From: a virus
Virus record (IMG/VR): IMGVR_UViG_3300024259_000016
Location: 32,001 to 96,000 of that record
DNA: 64,000 bases
Reading direction: 5' to 3' (one strand)
Shown: positions 55,400-64,000 of the stretch, piece by piece
Numbering within the stretch: the first letter of the stretch is position 1
Layout: each line of letters begins with the position of its first letter
Notes under the pieces: generated by a model
Told to the model about the DNA's origin: nothing
Seen by the model: the letters and a program-made list of their open reading frames with translations, nothing else
Databases searched by the model: none
Translations under genes and position numbers: made by a program

Positions 55400-57067
55400 A
55401 TGCGTAACGGTCGCAGCCGCGTTGACAACAAGTGGCAGTCCAGCAATCTGCGGTCCATGCCCAACAGGGAGTTCGGGGTAACCCAGCTCCTTGGGGTGTT
55501 CGAATGGGGGCCTGAGGAAGTAACGGCGGTCACCTCCTTCGACGACTTCAAGCTCAAGTACGGCGGCTTCTCGGTGGACTACCATGCCGCCCTGCATGCC
55601 TACTTGTACTTCGCCATGGGCGGTACCAAGCTGTGGGTCAAGAGGGTGTTCCACTACCTCAACCACACATCGGACATCGACCCCCTCACAGCTGCCAAGG
55701 GGACCGTTACGTTGGTCTCTGGCGCTGCGGGCCCCTACGGCGTCCAGAATACCCTGCGGGCCGATGGCTTGTACTATGGAGACCTGGCCCTGACTGTGCA
55801 GCCTGTCGCTGCGCAGAGCGGCCTGGCGGGCTACTTCGACCTGCTGGTATTCCACCCCCGTGAGATTCAGCCCATCGAGTGGATTCGCAACGTGACCATG
55901 GATTCCACCTCGAACGACTACGTGGAGGACGTGGTCAACACCAGCGCCCGGCGCAGCAACTACGTCAAGGTCACCGATCTGTTGGCCAGTGGCACCGTAA
56001 CGCAACGTATGCCCGCGGCCCTGGGATCTGCTGTGGCGTTGGTGGGTGGAGATGATGGATTGGCAGCCCTCGTGGATGCCGACTACGTCGGGGGCACCGC
56101 CGGCCGGACCGGTCTGTATGGCTTCCAGCTGGTCAACGAAGGCAACATGATGTTGGTGCCGGATGGTCTGTCCTCCACGGTCCAGAACGCCGCCATCTCG
56201 TACTGTGAGAACTACCAGTACAAGCAGGAAAAGGTCATCTACATCCCAGAGACGCAGGCTGGTCTAGGGTATCTGGCCGCGGTGGCGCAGTATTCGGCAT
56301 TGACCGGGAGCCGGGCGAAGACCGGCATGGCTTGGCCGCGGGTGCGAATCACCAATCCCGACAAGACAGTCTTCGGCCTGAACAACGACAACATCGTGTG
56401 CGGCTACGGCGGCCTGCTCGCCGGTCTCATCTGCGGTCAGTCCAAGCGGTACCTGGCGCAGATGGCGGTCAACCCGTCGAACCAGGATTTCGGATGGCTC
56501 AATGACATGGTGGTCGGGCTCGAAGGGGCCGACGACAAGCATGAAGTCCTGGACCCCAACGTCCAGAACTATGTCACCGACTACGGGATCAACCCGATCC
56601 TGTTTGGCCGGCATGAGAGGACTGGTCGCTACGGTGCCTGGTTCAACGACTGTCAGTCCGGCGAGGATGTGACTACGGAGCTGGAGCTCGAGAGTATTGG
56701 CAACCAGATGCTCTGCTCGCACCTTCGCTACCGGCATACCGCTTTCCTGGAGCGCCACCGTACCCAGGGCAACTCCAAGCGGCGTCGGGGGATCATCCAA
56801 AAGGCTCTCATCGAGGACAACAAGTACTGGACCTCTCTGGGTGTCTTCGCATCTGACAGTGCCAACGAGGCGTTCTTCGTCAATGTGGACCCCGAGGGCG
56901 AGAACATCAACAACGCGGTGGTGCAGCGCCAGCAGAAGCTGGTGGTCAAGGAGGGCTTCGCTTTTGCCTCCCCCGCCCGCTTCGTGGACTTGTACTTCAC
57001 CAGAGACAATCGCGCCGTCGAGAGCTACATGTCTCAGGCGGCCAAGGCTGCCGGCATCGCAGGATAA
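55400..57067 (+). CDS. Contractile tail sheath protein
   Basis: GVFEWGP, VTSFDDFKLKYG, LVGGDDG, GINPI, AFFVNVD, FASPARFV. Confidence 0.92.
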   Translation: MRNGRSRVDNKWQSSNLRSMPNREFGVTQLLGVFEWGPEEVTAVTSFDDFKLKYGGFSVDYHAALHAYLYFAMGGTKLWVKRVFHYLNHTSDIDPLTAAKGTVTLVSGAAGPYGVQNTLRADGLYYGDLALTVQPVAAQSGLAGYFDLLVFHPREIQPIEWIRNVTMDSTSNDYVEDVVNTSARRSNYVKVTDLLASGTVTQRMPAALGSAVALVGGDDGLAALVDADYVGGTAGRTGLYGFQLVNEGNMMLVPDGLSSTVQNAAISYCENYQYKQEKVIYIPETQAGLGYLAAVAQYSALTGSRAKTGMAWPRVRITNPDKTVFGLNNDNIVCGYGGLLAGLICGQSKRYLAQMAVNPSNQDFGWLNDMVVGLEGADDKHEVLDPNVQNYVTDYGINPILFGRHERTGRYGAWFNDCQSGEDVTTELELESIGNQMLCSHLRYRHTAFLERHRTQGNSKRRRGIIQKALIEDNKYWTSLGVFASDSANEAFFVNVDPEGENINNAVVQRQQKLVVKEGFAFASPARFVDLYFTRDNRAVESYMSQAAKAAGIAG

Positions 57068-57091
57068 CCCGGCTCTCAAGGAGCACCAATT

Positions 57092-57580
57092 ATGGGTCAG
57101 CAGGCACGATCAAGAGAGCTGGCAGGACAGTACAACTTCCTTGTGGAGGACCTGTCGGGCGGCCTGAGCAACTCGAAGTATCGGGACGTGTCCGGCGGCG
57201 ACGTCAACTTCGAGATCGCGCTGAACCGTGAGGGCGGTGCGGTCTACGCCCAGAAGATGGCAACCATCGCCAATGTGGACGACATCACATTGTCGGTGGG
57301 TCTCATCCCCAGCGGCGGGGAGATGTACGACTGGCTGTTGGAGAACTGCGATGTACTGGCCAGTATGCCGGAGGGGGCTGGAGTAGACGATCCATACAAC
57401 CTGCGCACCCTGGCCATCGCTGGGTTGAGCAGGGGCCGGCGCGACCTGATCGCCTGGAACTGTCACAACTGCCAGGTCGCAGGTTATCCCATGTTCCAGT
57501 TCGACAACAACTCCGGTGACATCCTCATCGAGCAGCTCATCCTCGCTTACGAGTACCCCACCGTCGAGTTCCTCGGCTGA
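57092..57580 (+). CDS. Tail tube protein (T4 gp19-like)
   Basis: YNFLVE, REGG, DITLSVG, YDW, IEQLILAYE. Confidence 0.88.
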   Translation: MGQQARSRELAGQYNFLVEDLSGGLSNSKYRDVSGGDVNFEIALNREGGAVYAQKMATIANVDDITLSVGLIPSGGEMYDWLLENCDVLASMPEGAGVDDPYNLRTLAIAGLSRGRRDLIAWNCHNCQVAGYPMFQFDNNSGDILIEQLILAYEYPTVEFLG

Positions 57581-57601
57581 TCCTCTCCTCCAGTTTCTCC
57601 G

Positions 57602-57629
57602 TTGACACACGTGGCACACCTGGTAGACT
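57602..57629 (+). promoter_or_regulatory. Promoter TTGACA-N16-TAGACT overlapping a GTGGCAC operator
   Basis: Consensus -35 and a TGn extended -10. Confidence 0.75.
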
Positions 57630-57635
57630 TTGTCC

Positions 57636-57830
57636 CAGGTTCGTCGTTCAGCCTTCCTTTAAGTTGCATCCCCTGCGGAGGTCGGAGCCGCAGTTCGATA
57701 CCTGCTAACGTCACCCCCCGGTCACGTGGGTAGGGAGCCCTTTCGTCCTGCCTAACTCTGCGCCCTGTTGCTGGATCCAACCTCTGGAGCAGGGCTGCCG
57801 GCGGGCCTAATTACCTATCCCGAACAGGAG
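57636..57830 (+). ncRNA. Structured leader or ncRNA with a degenerate tRNA-like domain (57643-57716) and a long nested hairpin (57728-57820)
   Basis: CTGCGGA anticodon-like loop, GCAG-TTCGATAC-CTGC T-arm-like hairpin, 5/7 acceptor pairing; GGGTAGG/CCTATCC and GCCCTGTT/AGCAGGGC stems. Confidence 0.45.
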
Positions 57831-57839
57831 CTGTGGCTG

Positions 57840-58847
57840 ATGGCTATCGAGATCGAGTGTATCCCCTCTGGACTGAAGTTGGCCTGCCGCGGGATCAAGA
57901 CCGGGGACATCCACGACGCCCTCCATTCGATGGGGCAGGGGGGGACCATGACCAAGGACCCTCAGGGTCGCGATCGAGCCAAGACGGGCCACCTGGCGGC
58001 CGAGATGCTGGCCTTGAGCCTGGTCCCCCCTTACGTGGTGCATCCCGGTCCTTATTCCAGCTTGCAGGTGGGGGAGATGCCCGACCTGCGCGAGGTGATG
58101 GTCACCGACGTCCTGTCCGCCATCTACCAGCTTCGCGCTCGGGCCGGAACCCCTATCGAGACCCGCCCGAATTGCCAGCACTGTGGTCGGATCCCGAAGT
58201 CCCCACTGCAGATTTCTGCTGGAGAATGTGAGCACTTTGAGTGCAGTGAGGAAGGGAAGACAGCTATCACCGAAGAGGGGGGGCTGTTTGTCACTTATGG
58301 CCCCTGGAAGATTGAGATGTGCCCCCCAATCATCCGGCGCTCCTCTGCCTTGGACCGCATCCTGGATGGGGGGGAGTACCCCCCGACGTTGGGCTGCGAC
58401 TCGATGTACATGGCCTCGATCAAGAGCGTGGCGCGAACTGATGGTGTGGGGATCTGGGGGCAGAAGGAGTTGTCCCCGGAGCAGAAGAAGATGGCCGGAG
58501 ACCTGGCCGGCGAGAAGGTTGAGGACAAAGGGACTGGGGAGGAGCGTCCTCAGGTCGACATCCAGCGCAAGCTCACCATCCTGACCGACATTGTCAGGTG
58601 GTGGTACAGTCAGGAAGACTGGGGCCTGCTCGACGCTGTCCGCGACAAGGGACAGGAAACCTGGGGCGACGTGGATACCTTCTACAACTGGACCTGCAGC
58701 GTGGACCCAACGGTTTGCCACCAGGAGCAGGAAGGTGGGATCCCTTTGGGCCCGGGGTTTTTTGGGATTTCGGTCGAGCGCGCGCGCAAGCGCCGGAAGA
58801 AAGGTTCCGGGAAGAAGCCCGGGATGCTGGCTGGCCCGCAGAGCTAG
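57840..58847 (+). CDS. Tail assembly chaperone / T4 gp26-like protein
   Basis: Between tube and tape measure; YQLR...CQHCG, C...C...IPLGPGFF. Confidence 0.7.
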   Translation: MAIEIECIPSGLKLACRGIKTGDIHDALHSMGQGGTMTKDPQGRDRAKTGHLAAEMLALSLVPPYVVHPGPYSSLQVGEMPDLREVMVTDVLSAIYQLRARAGTPIETRPNCQHCGRIPKSPLQISAGECEHFECSEEGKTAITEEGGLFVTYGPWKIEMCPPIIRRSSALDRILDGGEYPPTLGCDSMYMASIKSVARTDGVGIWGQKELSPEQKKMAGDLAGEKVEDKGTGEERPQVDIQRKLTILTDIVRWWYSQEDWGLLDAVRDKGQETWGDVDTFYNWTCSVDPTVCHQEQEGGIPLGPGFFGISVERARKRRKKGSGKKPGMLAGPQS

Positions 58848-59152
58848 ATTACGTCCTGGAGCAGCCCATGGCTCCGCTGTGGGTGTGCACATTCTTTGAT
58901 TTCCCTGTCAGTCGATTCGCCTACCTGTCGCTAGTCCAGACGCTGTTGATGCGTAGTGGGCAGGGCCTGTCCCTGGGATTTTCCTCCCTGCAAGAGATCA
59001 ATGAGATGGACCTGACTCTCGCCTGCGAGCTTCGCCAGTTGCTAACCTCCAGCATTGAGAAGATAATGGAGGAGCAGGACCGTCCCGGATCGGGAGGCCC
59101 CGGCTCCAAGATCTCGATGCGTGATACCCTGCGTGGTTCCCAACGGAGGTAG
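58757..59152 (+). CDS. gp51-like C-terminal extension, probably reached by -1 frameshift
   Basis: The -1 frame is open across GGGGTTTTTTG; FSSLQEINEMDL motif; ends just before the tape measure gene. Confidence 0.6.
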   Translation, partial: VFWDFGRARAQAPEERFREEARDAGWPAELDYVLEQPMAPLWVCTFFDFPVSRFAYLSLVQTLLMRSGQGLSLGFSSLQEINEMDLTLACELRQLLTSSIEKIMEEQDRPGSGGPGSKISMRDTLRGSQRR

Positions 59153-59155
59153 GCC

Positions 59156-62100
59156 GTGGCCGGCACTGTAGCGAATCTGTACTCCCGCCTGAATCTTGAT
59201 GTGGTTGCCCCAACCTCGGGGGAGATCACCCGCGTCAAAAACATGGCCAAGGCCATCACCCAGCTCGACACCGCCTACAACAAGTTCGGCAGGACCATGT
59301 CAGCCCAGACCGTGGTCGGAGGCATCAAGCAGATGAACGCCTTCACCCGGACCTCGGCGGCGGGCTTTGCCCTGGCCACGGCCGAGATCGAGAGGATGCG
59401 CCTGGAGATGGCTCAGGCCCGACGGGAAGCCGTCCAGACAGGTCATGCCATGGCTGGAGCCGGCCAGCGGGTCGTCCAGCGGACTGCAGGTGCTTCAGCT
59501 CCTCGTGCGGGGGGCGGGGCCGGAATGGGTGGGAGCGGGGGCGGAGGACGGCGTCTGGGGGCGACCAGGGCACGCGCAGCTGGCGCCAGGGGGATGCAGG
59601 GGGGTGGACGGCGTCTGGGGGCGACCAGGGCACGCGCAGCTGGCGCCAGGGGGGTGCAGGGGGGTGGAGGGGGGTTCCGGAACATCGCCGGAGCCTTTGT
59701 GGGGATGCTCGTCGGTGGCGCTCTGTTCCGGGGCATGGGTGTATTCGTCAACAAGAGCAAGGAAATGGAGCTGGCCCTGACCCAGATCCGTGCTCTGACC
59801 CGGGCCACCAGCATGGAGATGTCCGGATACGAAAAGCAGATCCTGAGGGTAGCCAGCCTGACTCCCTTCGATCCGAAGGAGATCGCTGAGGCAGCTCTGT
59901 CCCTGCGGCGCCTGACTGGCTCATCGTCGGCTGCTCTGGCCACCTTGAGGGAGACGGCCTCGCTGTCTGTGGCATCGTTCGGGAAGTTGTCGTTGCAGCA
60001 GTCCGCGGCCTTCATGGGGCGTATGGTTGCAACAGGTGGCAGCGCCAAGGTGGCCAAGGGGCGGGCCGCCCAGCTCTTTGGCCTTGGTCGTGCCCTCGGT
60101 GTCGGGATCGAAGACTTCGCCCCGGTGGCTGGTCAGCTGGGGGCCGCTGCCTTCCGCGGGCAGCAGGACTTCTTGACCACAAGCTCCGTCTTTGCCGTGG
60201 CTAGCCAGCTCCAGGGGTCGAACCGTCGGGCCGCCACCCAGACCTTCCGCCTGATGTCCGAGCTGGGCCGCGGCCGAGCTGAAGAGGGTCTAAGACGTAT
60301 TGGGGTGTCCACCCGTGCCGGTGGGAAGATCCGAGGCATCGACCAGATTCTCGGTGACATCATGGACCGCATGATGGGAACCGGGAAGTTCGGGGGCAAG
60401 GGGAAGCTCGGGACCCAGGCCGTCATGGATGCTCTGTCGTCGAAGACCCCAGCTGGGGTGCCGATTGGGGAGCGGTCGATCCGGCCGCTGGTCATGGCCA
60501 TCCAGAGGTTCACCCAGGGCGTGAAAATTCAAGGCAAGGGTGTGCTGTACGGACGGGAGGCTCTAGCAGCTCTGAGGGATGAAGCAAAGCAAGCCAAGAA
60601 CATCATCGACATGATCGCCGAGCAGAGGCTCCAGACTCTGAGTGGGCAGATCGAACTGATGGCTGAAGAGATGGGTAAGGCGGCCCGTGTCGTCGGCGAC
60701 ATGTTCACGCCGGCCCTCAAGACAGTCGTGACCGGCTTGAAGGGAATCGCCGCGGGCTTCCAGTCCTTGGCCAACAACTCCGTGTTCGGTGCCCTGTTTG
60801 GAATGCTGACGAAGGTAGGTGTTGTTGGGGGTTCTTTGTTTGCCTCGGTAGCTCTGCTCAAGGGCGCCAAGGGGTTGCTGACGAACGTGTCTCAATACAT
60901 CGGGGTGAGCAAAGCTGCGGGTTGGGCGGGGGGACTGCTTGCCGCGGCTCCTATGGTCAATCCTTACGTCGGGACATACGCGAGGCCTAAGAGTATGCGT
61001 TCAGGTCTCGGGGGGCAAATTGGGGGATTTGGGCCAGTAGGTCGTGGTATCGGCAGCGGTGCTGGCGCTGCCGTCTGGGGTGCAACGATGGGCCTCGGGA
61101 AATTCGCTGCTGGACTTGGTATTGCCTACGGCGCGATCCTGGCCTTCGAGGAGGTCTTGTCCCTGGCCACCAAGGGTTGGAAGGAGTACTGGGCGGACAA
61201 ACGAGGGGGGGCTGCTGTTGAAGCTGCTCGTCGTGGAGGAGGAATGGCCTTCGAGGCGTTCGGCGTCAAGGGGGTGAAAGGGTTGGGACGTAAGGATGCA
61301 ATGGCATTTGCTGATGCCTACCAGGCCAAGTTCGGCCAGAACTTTGGCACGGAGATGACGAAGTTTCAGAAGGAGTGGGCCGGCTGGCGTCTCAAGTTCC
61401 ACAAGGAGATCATGGGGAGTGAAGTTGCCAAGACCACCATGCAGATTCAGAAGCAGATCAACTTGACTGCACGTCAGGTCACACTGCAAAAGGAACTCAA
61501 CAACACCTTCCAGTACGGCTTTGAAAAGATGAACAAGGTGTTGCAGGAGACCAAGGCGCTGGCTGCCTATGAGCCCCCTGTCATCAAGTGGGGAACCTAC
61601 CGTACAGCCACTCGGATGATGCAGAAGGCTGCTGTCGGAGGTCGGCTCGGGTCGACTGAGCAACGTATGGCCCAGACGGTTGTTGCTTCGTCTCCTGAGG
61701 CTGAGATGCTGATGGAGAAGGCGGCCACCGGGATGGCTACTCCGCGAGAGCATGCTCGGTTAATGAAGCTGCTGCAGGTCCGGCAGGCCGTCCTCACTCA
61801 TATGGGGACTATGGGTGTCGGCGGGTTCACCAAAGGCTTCGCCGGCAAGCACGGTAAGGGGGTGTTGGGTCAGGTTGCTGGCATCGGGACCCCACAGAAT
61901 TTGCAGTATTCCAATCTCCTCACCCTGGCTGCGGGGGGGAAATATCGAGGCGGCCATGGAAGTTTTGTTCCGGGGTACAACCAGAATGTGGCCGGTCTCC
62001 CCGGTGGTCCTCAGGAAAAGAGTGGGGACTTCGGTCTGTTCGGCTCTGTCCTTGGTATGCCCTTCGGCCGCGGAGGGGGGACTCGGATCGGGGGGGACCT

Positions 62101-62515
62101 TGGACCTGGCCCAAAAGCTGGACTACATTTTGGGGGGGTTGCTGCATTAGTCAAACAAGCATCGCCCCACCCTGGTCCTGGTCCGAAAGCAGGCATACAT
62201 TACGGCGGGATTGCGGCAATGACTGCCCAGGCATCATCAGCCATTAATGCTCCCCAGAGTCGAAAGGCCGAGATTGAAAAAGGGGTTGAAGCAGATTACA
62301 CAGCGATGGTTGAGGCGGGGGTCGGCTTTGTTGCGGGCCAGCAGGCCAAGAGAATGAATCAGGCACTTGAGGCTGCCTTGGCACATGAAAAGTTAGCCTC
62401 AGCCATGGCTGAGGGTATCCGCCGGGCGGGGGTGCTCCCTGTCCGTAATGAAGGTTCGGGGGATCCGTTGACCAACGATGGCCGACGCCCTGACGGGCCC
62501 GGAGGAACTCTCTGA
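59156..62515 (+). CDS. Tape measure protein
   Basis: 1119 aa, Ala/Gly-rich; TPFDPKEIAEAA, LRRIGVS, TLSGQIELM. Confidence 0.92.
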   Translation: MAGTVANLYSRLNLDVVAPTSGEITRVKNMAKAITQLDTAYNKFGRTMSAQTVVGGIKQMNAFTRTSAAGFALATAEIERMRLEMAQARREAVQTGHAMAGAGQRVVQRTAGASAPRAGGGAGMGGSGGGGRRLGATRARAAGARGMQGGGRRLGATRARAAGARGVQGGGGGFRNIAGAFVGMLVGGALFRGMGVFVNKSKEMELALTQIRALTRATSMEMSGYEKQILRVASLTPFDPKEIAEAALSLRRLTGSSSAALATLRETASLSVASFGKLSLQQSAAFMGRMVATGGSAKVAKGRAAQLFGLGRALGVGIEDFAPVAGQLGAAAFRGQQDFLTTSSVFAVASQLQGSNRRAATQTFRLMSELGRGRAEEGLRRIGVSTRAGGKIRGIDQILGDIMDRMMGTGKFGGKGKLGTQAVMDALSSKTPAGVPIGERSIRPLVMAIQRFTQGVKIQGKGVLYGREALAALRDEAKQAKNIIDMIAEQRLQTLSGQIELMAEEMGKAARVVGDMFTPALKTVVTGLKGIAAGFQSLANNSVFGALFGMLTKVGVVGGSLFASVALLKGAKGLLTNVSQYIGVSKAAGWAGGLLAAAPMVNPYVGTYARPKSMRSGLGGQIGGFGPVGRGIGSGAGAAVWGATMGLGKFAAGLGIAYGAILAFEEVLSLATKGWKEYWADKRGGAAVEAARRGGGMAFEAFGVKGVKGLGRKDAMAFADAYQAKFGQNFGTEMTKFQKEWAGWRLKFHKEIMGSEVAKTTMQIQKQINLTARQVTLQKELNNTFQYGFEKMNKVLQETKALAAYEPPVIKWGTYRTATRMMQKAAVGGRLGSTEQRMAQTVVASSPEAEMLMEKAATGMATPREHARLMKLLQVRQAVLTHMGTMGVGGFTKGFAGKHGKGVLGQVAGIGTPQNLQYSNLLTLAAGGKYRGGHGSFVPGYNQNVAGLPGGPQEKSGDFGLFGSVLGMPFGRGGGTRIGGDLGPGPKAGLHFGGVAALVKQASPHPGPGPKAGIHYGGIAAMTAQASSAINAPQSRKAEIEKGVEADYTAMVEAGVGFVAGQQAKRMNQALEAALAHEKLASAMAEGIRRAGVLPVRNEGSGDPLTNDGRRPDGPGGTL
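59546..59665 (+). repeat. 60-bp tandem duplication in the tape measure gene (GRRLGATRARAAGARGxQGG x2)
   Basis: Two copies differing at one base. Confidence 0.95.
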
Positions 62516-63177
62516 TGTCGGGTAAAGGGACAGAGCCTACTCGAGCAAGAGCGCGATTGAGGTTTGCCGACCTAATGGACCCGTCGGACTACATCACTGC
62601 CTTATACAATCCAACACAGTTGGATCAGAAGATCCAAGCGCGGACAGGCAGCCCCAAGCCGATTGGGGGGGCGGCGGTCCCCCAATATGAGGGGACGGAT
62701 GGATTCGAAACCTTCTCCATTGTGCTCCAGCATTCTGAGCGCAGGATGCTCGACAAGATGCGGCACGGAGGGAAAAAGTCGAAGGACCGATGGACAGATC
62801 GGGACGAAGCTGAGCTCCCGATGGCCGAACGGTGGCTCATCTCGAAGCTGCATCCACGGGGGTACGGCCTGGCCCCGTCTCGGCTGATGCTTCTGTGGCC
62901 TAATACCTGCACCATGTTGATTTCTGTAGATGCTGTGCAGCGGTCCATCGTTCGATGGGACGAAGACCTGGTCCCGCGACAGGGTACGTTAATAGTAACT
63001 GTCACTGAGCATGTCGAGGGCCTCCGCACAGCGGGGTATGTGATGGCCCAGGGCATGTCAGGGATTGGCCTCGGGGGTATCTATAATGCACTCAACAGTC
63101 TCGGTGTCGACGGAGGAGTCGGGGCTGTGGGTCTTGGTATAGGGAGTGGGGGACAGGGAGGGACCAGTGGCCAATAG
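62515..63177 (+). CDS. Tube-initiator (CIS tube-like) baseplate protein
   Basis: ALYNPTQL, APSRLMLLW, WDEDLVPR..VTVTE. Confidence 0.7.
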   Translation: MSGKGTEPTRARARLRFADLMDPSDYITALYNPTQLDQKIQARTGSPKPIGGAAVPQYEGTDGFETFSIVLQHSERRMLDKMRHGGKKSKDRWTDRDEAELPMAERWLISKLHPRGYGLAPSRLMLLWPNTCTMLISVDAVQRSIVRWDEDLVPRQGTLIVTVTEHVEGLRTAGYVMAQGMSGIGLGGIYNALNSLGVDGGVGAVGLGIGSGGQGGTSGQ

Positions 63178-63553
63178 TGCATCCAGGAGTGATCTGGCGG
63201 CCTATGATGTTGGGGGCCTTGGTCGGCACGGCTATATTTATGAAGGAACAGATGGTCGTATGGTGTTGTCCGTCCCGGAGAGACTGCCCAACCTGGAGAT
63301 GGTCGGCGAGGCGTTTCCCGAGGCGTATGAGTGCAAGGGGTGGGAGCTGCCGATGTCTTTGCCGGGAATGTTCTACCGGGGGATCCTCGGTAGGCCTATC
63401 GACGCCTGGGAGATCATTGCTCAGTTCCAGGAGGACCCGATTGAGGACCCGTTTGAACCGCTGGCCCGGGGGAGGATTATCATGATCCCACCCATCGAGT
63501 ACTTCTCAATCGCCTATGGGTCATCTTTGTCCGAGCAACCCGAGTTGGGGTAA
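63167..63553 (+). CDS. LysM/tail-X-like baseplate protein
   Basis: FY...WEIIAQFQ..IEDPF..LARGRIIMIP. Confidence 0.7.
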   Translation: MANSASRSDLAAYDVGGLGRHGYIYEGTDGRMVLSVPERLPNLEMVGEAFPEAYECKGWELPMSLPGMFYRGILGRPIDAWEIIAQFQEDPIEDPFEPLARGRIIMIPPIEYFSIAYGSSLSEQPELG

Positions 63554-63556
63554 GAC

Positions 63557-64000
63557 ATGCCGGCCACTGATTTCCAGACCTGGAATCCTGTCTTCAATGT
63601 ACAGGTGCTGCAGGGCAAGATTGGCCCCCGGGCCTTTCTGGAGAGAGTGCTGCGTGTCAAGTATGTGGACCGAATCAAAGAGTATGATCAGCTTGAGATG
63701 GATGTCCTGAACCACGACGGGCTCTTCTCTGACCATAGGTCATTGTCCGCCGGGATGATCATCGCTATCAAGTTGGGGTACATCGACGGCACATTTCCGT
63801 GGAAGGTATTTGTTTTAAACCGACAGCGAGGGGGAGTCGGAGTTCGTGCTCATGGCGAGGGGCGCCATACGGTTGGGCAGAATGAGAGTGTGGCTACTCT
63901 GTTCGGCCGGAACAGGAATGCCAAGGGCGGCAAGATGCCGCAAGGATGGAAGCTGAATCGTCGGAACCCACCTGGTGTCCAGATTGTTCGAACGGATAGC
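63557..64000 (+). CDS. Baseplate hub (GpD/late control D-like), truncated by the window end
   Basis: VKYVD...DQLEMDVLN...IAIKLGY; frame open to the end. Confidence 0.7.
   Translation, partial: MPATDFQTWNPVFNVQVLQGKIGPRAFLERVLRVKYVDRIKEYDQLEMDVLNHDGLFSDHRSLSAGMIIAIKLGYIDGTFPWKVFVLNRQRGGVGVRAHGEGRHTVGQNESVATLFGRNRNAKGGKMPQGWKLNRRNPPGVQIVRTDS

Noticed and set aside
57643-57716. Functional tRNA-Arg(GCG)
   Set aside because: The anticodon stem has only 2 pairs, the D-loop lacks GG, the T-stem is 4 bp and the acceptor has mismatches
15670-59156. Amber (TAG) recoding, suggested by several in-frame TAG junctions (15674, 28013, 29186, 33804, 45888, 53940, 59152)
   Set aside because: The downstream ORFs have their own RBS-like sites and starts, and the long genes (tape measure, glycosyltransferase, portal, sheath) are intact in the standard code
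55400-64000. Extracellular contractile injection system or tailocin
   Set aside because: Portal, protease, capsid and neck genes are linked upstream, so this is a phage tail
1-64000. DGR, retron, intein, intron, integrase, transposase or terminase
   Set aside because: No reverse transcriptase, splicing, recombinase or Walker-A terminase motifs were recognised; they may lie outside the window

Overview
The window is a 64-kb piece of a large GC-rich tailed phage genome with a contractile tail and an HK97-fold capsid. No host housekeeping genes, rRNA, intact tRNA, integrase, terminase or polymerase are visible. Layout: (1) 1-18.9 kb, a minus-strand chain of about 40 tightly overlapping, small, acidic or Cys-rich ORFs, probably early/host-takeover genes, ending in a frameshifted cobalamin-dependent radical SAM gene. 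(2) 18.9-22.3 kb, a lower-GC, largely non-coding strand-switch region, possibly the genome end or origin. It holds an 8-copy GTGAAC-N4-GTTCAC palindrome array, a four-ORF cassette and a 60-bp-period repeat/spacer array. (3) 22.4-31.8 kb, plus-strand hypotheticals, a HAD nucleotidase, a DNA amino-methyltransferase and an amidase endolysin. (4) 31.9-43.3 kb, minus-strand lysis and fibre genes and a glycan-modification operon: a three-domain glycosyltransferase, a GT-A protein, a sulfotransferase, TylF and two more methyltransferases. (5) 43.4-64 kb, head and tail morphogenesis genes from portal to baseplate hub. The strongest leads are the probable virion glycosylation/sulfation/methylation operon, the LexA-box-like array, two apparent non-coding RNAs inside the structural region (a promoter-to-terminator sRNA and a tRNA-like leader), a prohead protease apparently split over two genes, and a GTGCCAC operator regulon. 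All calls come from reading motifs by eye; no database search was run. Several single-base frameshifts may be assembly errors.
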